From the NCBI GenBank assembly GCA_041487935.1, contig JBGPOG010000001.1, forward strand, positions 1-32,016: DNA of 32,016 nucleotides. Direction: 5' to 3'. Shown here in pieces: positions 7,301 through 14,021 of the stretch (the first letter of the stretch is position 1; each line of letters starts with the position of its first letter). The stretch is from Chthonomonadia bacterium. Its GTDB lineage: Bacteria; Armatimonadota; Chthonomonadetes; Chthonomonadales; CAJBBX01. Under the pieces are notes generated by a model, which saw nothing but the letters and a program-made list of their open reading frames with translations, did not search any database and was not told the origin of the DNA. A program made the position numbers and the translations under genes.

Positions 7301-7821
7301 AGCTGGAAGCCCGGCTAAGTGACGAGTGGCAATCCTTCGGGCCGGATCCCGAGCATCCGCACGAGCAAGTACTGCGGGCCAGGGCAAACCGGATCGTTAC
7401 GAATCTCACTGAGGAAACGGTGGAGATGCCCGACGATCCCGCGCTTCGAAGAGTCGAAGCGAAGCTGCACGGATCGGTTGTGAGGGTAGAGCCGGACGCC
7501 ATCGGTATCAGCATCGAGGGAGGAATTGTCGTAGAAAAGTGGCATGCGGGCAAGCCCCGAGACAGCCATCGAAACTCCCCGAGACTCGCGCTGATTCGCG
7601 AGGGAGTGCGGCAAGAGCATGGCCGCGCGCCGGAGGAGATAAGACTGCGATACCTGACGACCGGCGAAACGCTAACCATCAAGGAGCAGCCGCGTTACGA
7701 GCCTGCTAGAGTCGCAAAATACGAAGAATCGCTCATAGGAATTGAAGCCGGCGAGTTTGGCGCCAGGCCGTCGTCGGACGAATGCCCGCATTGCCCGTTT
7801 TTCTTTATTTGCCCGGCTTAG
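4327..7821 (+). CDS. Fusion protein: ImmA/IrrE (COG2856) HEXXH metallopeptidase + UvrD/PcrA-type SF1 helicase + Cas4/AddB-type Fe-S PD-(D/E)XK nuclease
   Basis: 1164 aa with an ATG start and GGAG 7 nt upstream.
- Protease: HELAH at nt 4585-4599, plus EVEANVFAAEFLLP.
- Helicase: GPGTGKT (5041-5061), LALTFSNRAANEM, IGTFHAFG, DEYQD (5680-5694), GDLRQAIYRFRGA, INYRSQ, IHASKGLEFPVVFL, FFVGLSRARDHLVL.
- Nuclease: CPRKYFY (Cys at 7153-7155), then PDAIGISIEGGIVVEKW, then a terminal CPHCPFFFIC, which is a Cx2Cx5C motif (7783-7812). Confidence 0.9.
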   Translation: MTGWPAIRSEARRHRQESLASADSQGGLVPAEELIECALNAAGLCRLALPLDDPLLAGAHAVLDRQAGYIWNRAGLSPETTRFNIAHELAHWWLHSDSRMGCREEDIVDSPVAEPLPFGEAYVAGYSPAQRREVEANVFAAEFLLPAPLIESLFLSPDPPNTSESIAAAIGISETVVLGQMAETLLLDDRRWTMDDTSIPPCETDSYIVDRRSSIVDDLDPSQKLAAEMDRGPALITAGPGTGKTRTLVARILALLDRGAAPEQILALTFSNRAANEMRLRLAEVVPAQTRRLWIGTFHAFGLELLRRFGTRIGLPADPKLIDPVDAVSLLENNLARLDLVEYEYLHRPSIPFRDILSAISRAKDELISPGRYAELAEAMEVPSDGKEREEAERERSKALEVARVYRVYEEILSEKGLLDFGDLIYRAVELLKTYPDVAGLVHKEFRHLLVDEYQDINRGSAVLLKLVVGEGEGLWAVGDLRQAIYRFRGASPANVSAFEEDYPTGKELSLEINYRSQPKLVDLFSCASRQISAGSDYDGWRAFRNSTESSLIYAEAEDEAAHADGIARSIRNFEVDGFSLNDQAVLCRTNAQADCLARELEARSIPVLHLGGLFERPEVKDMLSLLSLAVEPGGSGIARAAAIDEYRMTTEQVAGILARASETGDGVVAASKGSPEEQLPAFGLLNSHLYPIAYRGDAWAFIARYLFGPARYLRDKIRAGTVTNRQARLALYQLLLTAKAFSSKTSIAVSQDDGKNDHPQRAFLAHIRHLVSIGEDTRVRVPGAAGGPPAVRIMTIHASKGLEFPVVFLPNLSQGQFPSRKRGGLVKLPPGFVPEQEDSDRQEDECLFFVGLSRARDHLVLTRARTRNGKQIQPSPLLSLIEDRFEAIGGLKEQWGTEPNVNVELHDGNVEFAVSASILSSPGAEQAPSVSSAHALEEYMSCPRKYFYSRVLNLRNAGETTPYAAFHKCLWNVIRWWRGEREAGRVPGRVELEARLSDEWQSFGPDPEHPHEQVLRARANRIVTNLTEETVEMPDDPALRRVEAKLHGSVVRVEPDAIGISIEGGIVVEKWHAGKPRDSHRNSPRLALIREGVRQEHGRAPEEIRLRYLTTGETLTIKEQPRYEPARVAKYEESLIGIEAGEFGARPSSDECPHCPFFFICPA
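4888..4981. repeat. Inverted array of heptamer repeats inside the CDS: (GACGATN)x4, 32-nt spacer, (ATCGTCN)x4
   Basis: Left units are at 4888, 4895, 4902 and 4909 (gacgata, gacgatg, gacgatg, gacgata). Right units are at 4948, 4955, 4962 and 4969 (atcgtcg, atcgtcg, atcgtcc, atcgtcg), followed by acgatc. All eight hexamer cores are perfect, and the two arms are reverse complements of each other. Confidence 0.8.
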
Positions 7822-7837
7822 GAGATCATTAGCATAT

Positions 7838-8599
7838 ATGTTCAGGCTTGATGGGAAGGTCGCGCTCGTAACCGGCGCGGGATCGGGAATTGGCGAAGAG
7901 ATTGCGCGGAAGTTTGTCGCCCAGGGCGCAACTGTCATCGTGGCGGATATCGACGAGGCGGCGGGACACCGCGTCAACGATTCATTGGGGCCGTTGGCGC
8001 CCTTCCAAAGGCTCGACGTGACCGGCGCGGACGACTTTCAGGCCGCAGTTACTCTTGCGGCTGACCGGTTCGGCAAGCTCGACATTCTCGTGAACAACGC
8101 CGGAATCGGGCTCGTCGGAAATGTCGAAGAGACTTCGGATGAGGATTTCGGCCGCCTTCTGAATGTCAACGTGACGGGGGTGTTCCACGGCTGCAAATGC
8201 GCGGTCCCAATCATGGTGGCGCAAGGCGGTGGAAACATCATCAACATCGGTTCCGTCGCCGGCCTCGTTGCGATCGAACGGCGCTTTGCCTACAGCGCGA
8301 CCAAAGGCGCGGTAATTGCGCTGACCCGCCAGCTTGCCATGGACTATGTTTCCAAAGGGATTCGCTGCAACTGCATATGCCCGGGGACGGTCTACACACC
8401 GTTCGTCGATTCCTATCTGGAGAAGTTTCACGCGGGCGAAGTCGAAGAAACCAAAGCGAAGCTTCATGCGCGCCAGCCGATGGGGCGAATGGGCCGGCCC
8501 GACGAAATCGCGACGATGGCAGTATATCTGGCGTCTGACGAGTCAGAGTTCGTAACCGGAGCGGTTCTGCCTATCGACGGTGGCCTAACTGCGCGATAA
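7838..8599 (+). CDS. Short-chain dehydrogenase/reductase (SDR) family oxidoreductase
   Basis: I prefer the ATG at 7838 (MFRLDGKVALVTGAGSGIGEEIA). The track's start at 7742 would overlap the helicase gene. Motifs TGxxxGxG, NNAG and the catalytic YSATK are present. Confidence 0.9.
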   Translation: MFRLDGKVALVTGAGSGIGEEIARKFVAQGATVIVADIDEAAGHRVNDSLGPLAPFQRLDVTGADDFQAAVTLAADRFGKLDILVNNAGIGLVGNVEETSDEDFGRLLNVNVTGVFHGCKCAVPIMVAQGGGNIINIGSVAGLVAIERRFAYSATKGAVIALTRQLAMDYVSKGIRCNCICPGTVYTPFVDSYLEKFHAGEVEETKAKLHARQPMGRMGRPDEIATMAVYLASDESEFVTGAVLPIDGGLTAR

Positions 8600-8624
8600 T
8601 AACGGATTGAAATGGTGAATATCG

Positions 8625-9866
8625 ATGAGGATGCGTAAGAGGTCCGCCACAAACGGCCTATCGGACAGTCCATATCTCTCGGAAGCCCTGAAGGTCGCAT
8701 ACTATCACTGCGTTCTAGAGATGCCCCTCAAGTCCATCGCCGAAATGCTGGGCAAGAGCCCGGCGACGATCACCCGGCGGCTTGACGAAGTCCGCCAGGC
8801 CGGGTGGCTCCGCGATCATCCCGAGTTTAGCCCTCCGCCTGAAATCTGGCGCGAGCTGCAAGGCCGCATGACCTGCTCCGACATTGAGAACGGCCTGCTC
8901 GATCACTTTGGCAGGGAAGTGTTAAAGCGAGTTACGGTCCTGCCGTCTCTCCCCAAGCAGGGCATCCGGCATCCCGTCGAAGCCAGCCCGGAGAACGTCG
9001 AACGCGTGGGGTTGTATGCGGCACAAAGGTTATGCGAGACTCTCGCCGATGGTGCGCACGTGGTGGGGGTCAACTGGGGCTGGTCGGTTCGCCACTGTGT
9101 TACCACGCTGAGGCCTAGCCGCCCAAACCCAGACCTGAGGTTCATTCCGCTGATCGGCAACTTGAGCCTGGATGAAAACGATCCCCATTTCGAGGAGGCG
9201 ATCGACTGTTCCAGCAATCGTCTTGCCCAAATCGCTGCGTCTGCATTCGGCGCGCCCCGCGCACCGCGATTGAGCACTCCGGCGTATATTCCCAGGAGGT
9301 TTCACAGCGATGCGCGCGGTCTTCGGGCAATCCGCGATTTCATCGAGAGCGATATCTCATTCCGACGGATATTTGGCGGGGCAGATGAAACAGGCATTCC
9401 TCAGACAGGATTGATCGAACAGGTCGATACAATCGTGACCGGCATGAGCTCGATCGACGTGGAAACTCTACCTATCTACCGGCCTAACCTTATCACGCCT
9501 AACGACGTGGAGGTGCTCGAAAGGGCCGGCGTAGTGGGCGACCTGGCATTGCACCTCGTCGTTGAAGATGCACCGGTCAAACGATCGGAGGAAGAAAGCC
9601 TGGTTCATTCGATAAACGGACTGATCGTAGGTGCGTCACCTGCGGATTTCATTCGAATTGCGGAGCGCGCGCGCTCGAGCGGCGCGAGCGGATTGGGGGT
9701 CGTTGTCCTATCCGTGGGCGCGTGGAAGGCGCGAATTCTGTCCACCGCCATCCGGCTTCGCGCGGTAAACGAGCTCATCACCGATCTCGAAACCGCGCTC
9801 GCGGTTGGCAAGCACGCCGGAATCAGTTTTCCCACCGGATCCTATCTCCCAGGAGGAAGAAGATGA
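8625..9866 (+). CDS. SorC/CggR-family sugar-binding transcriptional regulator
   Basis: The N-terminal HTH is LKVAYYHCVLEMPLKSIAEMLGKSPATITRRLDEVRQAG. Blocks typical of the SorC sugar-binding domain follow: VGVNWGWSV, IPLIGNLS, GVVGDLALHLV, and VVVLSVGAWKARILSTAIRLRAVNELITDLETA. Its stop overlaps the pgi start. Confidence 0.8.
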   Translation: MRMRKRSATNGLSDSPYLSEALKVAYYHCVLEMPLKSIAEMLGKSPATITRRLDEVRQAGWLRDHPEFSPPPEIWRELQGRMTCSDIENGLLDHFGREVLKRVTVLPSLPKQGIRHPVEASPENVERVGLYAAQRLCETLADGAHVVGVNWGWSVRHCVTTLRPSRPNPDLRFIPLIGNLSLDENDPHFEEAIDCSSNRLAQIAASAFGAPRAPRLSTPAYIPRRFHSDARGLRAIRDFIESDISFRRIFGGADETGIPQTGLIEQVDTIVTGMSSIDVETLPIYRPNLITPNDVEVLERAGVVGDLALHLVVEDAPVKRSEEESLVHSINGLIVGASPADFIRIAERARSSGASGLGVVVLSVGAWKARILSTAIRLRAVNELITDLETALAVGKHAGISFPTGSYLPGGRR

Positions 9867-11317
9867 GCGCGGACCAAAACTCGCCGCTCGAATTCGACGC
9901 GACCGCAGCCACCGCTCTTCTCGAAAGCGGCGTCAACCGCGCGCATCTGGCTGAACTCGACCAACGGGTAGACGCGATCCAACAGGCATTCGCAGCCGAA
10001 CAGCAGCAAGGCTACGCCACCCTTGAGCGCAACTTGCGGGCGTGGACGCAGAGCCACCTCCGCAAGGACGAAATCGAGGCCACCATTGCGCTGGCAGGGC
10101 GGGTTCGAAATAAGTTTGCGGCGTTCATTCTCGTCGGAATTGGTGGGTCGGATCTTGGCGGGCGAACGCTGCACGATTCTCTGGATCATCCATTCCATAA
10201 CCAGCTATCCCCCGAGCGGCGGGGCTGCCGTCCGGACGGAACCGGCGGAGCGCCGGAGATCTATTTCACCGGCGACACATTCGACCCAAAGCGGTTGCTC
10301 GGCCTTTTGGATCTTCTGGAAACGCGCGGACTGCTCGACAAGACTTGTGTCGATGTCGTCAGCAAATCCGGCAAGACCGGTGAAACCATCGCCGCCGCCA
10401 TGGTGATCCGAGAGCGGATGGAGCAGGCAGGGATTAAGGATTGGACCCAGCGTTTCGTCGCCACCACCGGCCAGAACGATCGGAGCGTATTATTCAAGAT
10501 GAACCAGTCTGCGCCTTTTTTCGGGATGCTGCCGGTTCCGGAAGGTGTGGGCGGCCGGTTCAGCTTCGCTTCGCCGGTAGGACTGCTGCCGTTCGCGGTG
10601 ACGGCGGTTGATGAATTGCCCGCCGAACGAGTAAAGAGCGCCCTGGCGGGATACGCGGAAGCGCACCGGCGATTCCTGCTGCCGGCTAACGATCCGTCGA
10701 ACATTGCTTGCCAACTCGCCCGCTGGTGGCAATTGGGAGAGCAGTTCTGCCACAAGACGGATATGCTCTTCAGCAACTACGCCGATGACGCCCGGATCGG
10801 AGATTGGTTCACACAGCTCTACGAAGAGAGCGTGCAGGAGCGTGGCGGCGGGATAAACGTGATCGGCACGCGAGGCCCCACCGGCAATCACTCCATTCTG
10901 AACGGTATCCTGCGAGGGCCGCACGATAAGCTGGTGATGCTTGTCCACTGGGCGGACCTCGGAAGAGGAACTCAGATTCCGACGGGCACCGGAATCGGAG
11001 GCGACCTGAAGTACTTCGAAGGACTTTCACTGAATTCGGTGCAAAGCGCCTCTTGCCGGGCGACTGCTGCGGACTTCCTCGCCAACGGCGTGCCGACGGC
11101 GACGGTTCAGGTGAGCGGGCGGGACACTTACCACACAGTCTTACTTATGCGAACGCTAATGGATGCCGTTGCCATTAAGGGTAGATTACAATACCTTCAC
11201 GTCAGCGCCAAAGGAGAGCCGGATCCCGCTACAGACCTCACCTATCAGCAGGACGGAGTGGAAGGGTACAAAATTGGCACGCGGAAGAACGCTGAGGAGA
11301 TGCAGAAGCAGTTGTAG
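9863..11317 (+). CDS. pgi: Glucose-6-phosphate isomerase
   Basis: ATG at 9863, in an ATGA overlap with the SorC stop, with AGGAGG upstream. PGI motifs are ILVGIGGSDLGGR and VVSKSGKTGETIAA. The track's start at 9722 is an upstream in-frame extension inside the SorC gene. Confidence 0.9.
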   Translation: MSADQNSPLEFDATAATALLESGVNRAHLAELDQRVDAIQQAFAAEQQQGYATLERNLRAWTQSHLRKDEIEATIALAGRVRNKFAAFILVGIGGSDLGGRTLHDSLDHPFHNQLSPERRGCRPDGTGGAPEIYFTGDTFDPKRLLGLLDLLETRGLLDKTCVDVVSKSGKTGETIAAAMVIRERMEQAGIKDWTQRFVATTGQNDRSVLFKMNQSAPFFGMLPVPEGVGGRFSFASPVGLLPFAVTAVDELPAERVKSALAGYAEAHRRFLLPANDPSNIACQLARWWQLGEQFCHKTDMLFSNYADDARIGDWFTQLYEESVQERGGGINVIGTRGPTGNHSILNGILRGPHDKLVMLVHWADLGRGTQIPTGTGIGGDLKYFEGLSLNSVQSASCRATAADFLANGVPTATVQVSGRDTYHTVLLMRTLMDAVAIKGRLQYLHVSAKGEPDPATDLTYQQDGVEGYKIGTRKNAEEMQKQL

Positions 11318-11550
11318 GCAGGCCGTCGCTGAATTCGAACGGAATTGTTTGGTTGGGACCCTGGAGTCCCTCACGACTTGCCGTCATCGATGCTGCCCCT
11401 GAGGAACAGTAGATCGATGTCGCCGGCCCAAGTAACGGATGGGAGCGCTGGCCTGCCTCGGACCTGATGCCGATTTGGGATGGGTTCGCGCCTATCTTGG
11501 AGCAAACATAGCACAATCGATGATGTGAAATTCTCGACTGGAGAGTAACT

Positions 11551-12570
11551 TTGATTTTCATCTGCCCGTTGGTAGCGATGTGTACAATACCGGCTCCTGA
11601 GCACACCTCTGTTAGCGTCACCGTCAGCGGTCATCCCCGCCGCATCGTCACCGACGCAGGCGCCGGCGGTTATCAGGCTTTCCCCGATGTCTGCCGCCTC
11701 AAGAATGGCGAGCTGTTTTGCGTTTTCTACGCGGGATACACGCACGTCTCGCTTCCAAACGCACAACTGCCGAAAGGAGGACGGATTTGCGCGATTCGCT
11801 CGTCCGACGAAGGGAAAACGTGGAGCAGCCCACAAACCATCATCGACACGTCCTTCGACGACCGCGATCCTTCCGTATGCTGCCTGCCGGACGGCGCCCT
11901 TCTCTGTAACTTCTTCAAGTACTCTGCCAATACCGCGGCGGATACGTGCATTTCTCGATCGACCGACGACGGAATGACCTGGAGCGAGCCGGATATGATC
12001 GCGCCGAGCTTTGCGACCTCTACACAGATACGGCGGCTTCGATCGGGCCGTCTGGTGCTGCCGGTCTATACCGTCGACGGGGCCAAACGCGCGTTTGCGG
12101 CGGTATGTCTGTCCGACGATCGCGGCCGGACCTGGAGCGGCCCACACCCCATCGGATTGAACGCCGGCAAGACGCTGGACGAAACCGACGTTTACGAGAG
12201 GAAGGACGGCACGCTGCTGGCCGTCATGCGCGAGGTGATGTGCGGCTCAGAGTCCAGGGACCGCGGCAAGACGTGGGGGCCGGTTTTTGACCTGGGGTTT
12301 CCCGGACACTGCCCTTGTTTGCTGATGACGCGGTCGGGCGTTCTTTTGATGGCTCATCGGCTGCCGGGGACGTCACTGCACTACAGCCTGGATGAGGGCC
12401 GAACGTGGCAAGGGCCGGTTAAGATCGACAACGTTATCGGCGCCTATCCGAGCCTGCTGGAGCTGCGTAATGGCCGAGTCCTTTGCGTCTACTACGAGGA
12501 AGGGAAGGGCTCCGCTATTCGGGCGGTCGAGCTATCCGTGACAAAAAATCGCCCGGCCTCGAAGGAGTAA
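11551..12570 (+). CDS. BNR/Asp-box repeat beta-propeller protein (sialidase-like fold)
   Basis: Five Asp-box motifs are present: SSDEGKTW, STDDGMTW, SDDRGRTW, SRDRGKTW, SLDEGRTW. TTG start with GGAGAG 6 nt upstream; an ATG at about 11578 is an alternative. I saw no clear FRIP motif or signal peptide, so sialidase activity is not asserted. Confidence 0.85.
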   Translation: MIFICPLVAMCTIPAPEHTSVSVTVSGHPRRIVTDAGAGGYQAFPDVCRLKNGELFCVFYAGYTHVSLPNAQLPKGGRICAIRSSDEGKTWSSPQTIIDTSFDDRDPSVCCLPDGALLCNFFKYSANTAADTCISRSTDDGMTWSEPDMIAPSFATSTQIRRLRSGRLVLPVYTVDGAKRAFAAVCLSDDRGRTWSGPHPIGLNAGKTLDETDVYERKDGTLLAVMREVMCGSESRDRGKTWGPVFDLGFPGHCPCLLMTRSGVLLMAHRLPGTSLHYSLDEGRTWQGPVKIDNVIGAYPSLLELRNGRVLCVYYEEGKGSAIRAVELSVTKNRPASKE

Positions 12571-12736
12571 CCGGGCTCAAGTGCACGCAATGGGTAGACG
12601 TGTACATCCGGTCAGACGGCGCGTGTTGATGGGATGTTCCCAAAATCCGCAATATTCTTAAGATTCACCAAAGATACGTCTATATGGAGACCGTTAAATA
12701 GCGCGACACTCAAGCGGTCTCGCCTCTTCACGCCGG

Positions 12737-13089
12737 TTATTTAGAGTCCACAATCTCACCGGGCGGTAGCAGTGCTGACACTGCAGCCTCAATCCCTGGG
12801 ACCGTCCTCGTCACGGTGGACCATACCTTGCCGTAGTGGATAGCATCTAAACGTGGATGTAGAAGTTTCGAAGCTTGATGAGGAACTCCCAGTCGACCTG
12901 TGTATGTGCGCTTCGGAAACCCGCAGAAACTCGGGATGCCGTCTCTCCCATAATCTCTAACTCACGCACGACCGCAGCCTTCGTCTAATCATCCAATAGA
13001 AACTCCGCGCGGCTAATACCCTCAACGTATCGGCTGCGCCTCCGAGCGGCGTTGCGGATATCCTCGAGCGAGATCTCATCCTTTCGCAT
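12737..13089 (-). pseudogene. Disrupted HEPN (DUF86-type) toxin gene of a HEPN/MNT module
   Basis: The ATG at 13089 overlaps the MNT stop by 14 nt. The frame reads MRKDEISLEDIRNAARRRSRYVEGISRAEFLLDD, then an in-frame TAG (12985-12987), then TKAAVVRELEIMGETASRVSAGFRSAHTQVDWEFLIKLRNFYIHV. That segment contains the Rx4H HEPN motif RNFYIH. A second TAG follows at 12847-12849. The C-terminal part, DAIHYGKVWSTVTRTVPGIEAAVSALL...*, continues in another frame, consistent with a 1-nt deletion in a TAY codon. The reconstructed length of about 116 aa is typical for DUF86. Confidence 0.8.
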
Positions 13090-13393
13090 AAATAGGCTCC
13101 ATGGTCGAGAAAATCTCCTTCTTAAGGAACCTGTTTTCGCTCGCCTCGATGCCTTCCCGATCCAGAACGTCAACCTCGCGGCCTAGGATCCTTGCCAGCT
13201 CGTCCTGCATCCGAAAGTGATCGGCCAAATCCCAATTCGCATCGGCCTCATGCACCACTACAAAATCCACGTCGCTATCAGGACCGAAATCGTCGCGTGT
13301 CACCGAACCGAAGATACTTAAACTCTCAATTTTCCACTTCAGGCAGAATTCCAGAATGGCAGACGAATCGAATTTGATCCCATGCTTCGTCAT
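13076..13393 (-). CDS. MNT-type minimal nucleotidyltransferase (antitoxin-like partner of HEPN)
   Basis: 105 aa with an ATG start. The Pol-beta-superfamily motif is IFGSVTRDDFGPDSDVDFVV (GS-x-DxD). It overlaps the start of the downstream HEPN remnant, as in canonical MNT-HEPN operons. Confidence 0.85.
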   Translation of the reverse strand: MTKHGIKFDSSAILEFCLKWKIESLSIFGSVTRDDFGPDSDVDFVVVHEADANWDLADHFRMQDELARILGREVDVLDREGIEASENRFLKKEIFSTMEPIYAKG

Positions 13394-13573
13394 TGTATTG
13401 CCTTTCTGGCCATCATTGTATCACAGCCACGACAACTTGGTTCTCCTTAGAAGCAACCCTAGTGCGAATATGCGGGTTAGTGTTTCAAAAATCAGCGGCT
13501 TATGGTCGTCCGTCCATTGTGCAGAGTGACGGTCCGACAATTTGGCTGTCGTTTTCAATAATGGCGTGTGCGA

Positions 13574-13822
13574 TTAGCTCGCTACGAACAGCTCTCGAAG
13601 TAGTGCCGGATTGGAATTGGTTCTTGCGGCCAATGCACGCAGGTTTGACCTAGAGATTGCCGTCGGAAAGCGGGCAGTCACCGACTTAAACTCGAGTCTA
13701 TCTCCGATACTCTCCGCCCATCGACTCAGAGTATATCCAATTGTCTGTCCGTCAACGTTCAGCAATTTGATTGACCGCTTGTGACGTCTCAGACTTGGCG
13801 GGCAGACGGGATTGTAGCTCAT
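13574..13822 (-). CDS. Hypothetical small protein
   Basis: 82 aa with an ATG start and AGGAG 6-7 nt upstream. It lies upstream of the MNT gene within the AT-richer islet. No recognisable domain. Confidence 0.4.
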   Translation of the reverse strand: MSYNPVCPPSLRRHKRSIKLLNVDGQTIGYTLSRWAESIGDRLEFKSVTARFPTAISRSNLRALAARTNSNPALLRELFVAS

Positions 13823-13954
13823 TAGGTGCTCCTACAGGGCCAATTCCTTACTTAACACAGCAGAACCCAAATCGAATCGGCCAGCGTGCAAAATGGTCCG
13901 AGCAGAATAGTGCCCGGACCCTAGCCATTGCGATCGCCAAAAGAAGCAATTACT

Positions 13955-13975
13955 CCCCTCCCGATTCGGGAGGGG
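13955..13975 (-). terminator. Putative intrinsic terminator downstream of ftsZ
   Basis: GC-rich hairpin cccctcccg (13955-13963) / cgggagggg (13967-13975) with a 3-nt loop, about 45 nt after the ftsZ stop. On the minus strand a T-rich tract (ttgcttctttt) follows after 5 nt, not immediately. Confidence 0.45.
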
Positions 13976-14021
13976 TTATGCAGCTATCTTCTCGCACGAA
14001 CCATTACGGGGTGGGATTCGC

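Noticed and set aside
7742-7837. Upstream in-frame extensions of tracked ORFs (SDR from 7742, pgi from 9722, ferredoxin from 18051, aroF to 25980, hisC to 27134)
   Set aside because: Each extension overlaps the preceding well-supported gene and adds Arg-rich non-homologous residues. Internal ATG starts with SD sites give N-termini that match the respective families.
11371-12147. 258-aa minus-strand ORF overlapping the BNR gene
   Set aside because: It is Arg/Gly/Ala-rich with no motifs. It lies antisense to a gene with five clear Asp-box repeats. This is a typical high-GC shadow frame.
12700-12736. Hairpin gagaccg...cggtctc downstream of the HEPN remnant as a terminator
   Set aside because: It has only a 7-bp stem, a 21-nt loop and no U-tract, so support is insufficient.
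12985-12987. In-frame TAG in the HEPN gene as possible recoding (pyrrolysine or suppression)
   Set aside because: The same gene also carries a frameshift with a second TAG at 12847-12849. The window shows no Pyl machinery or other TAG-interrupted genes. A pseudogene is the simpler reading.
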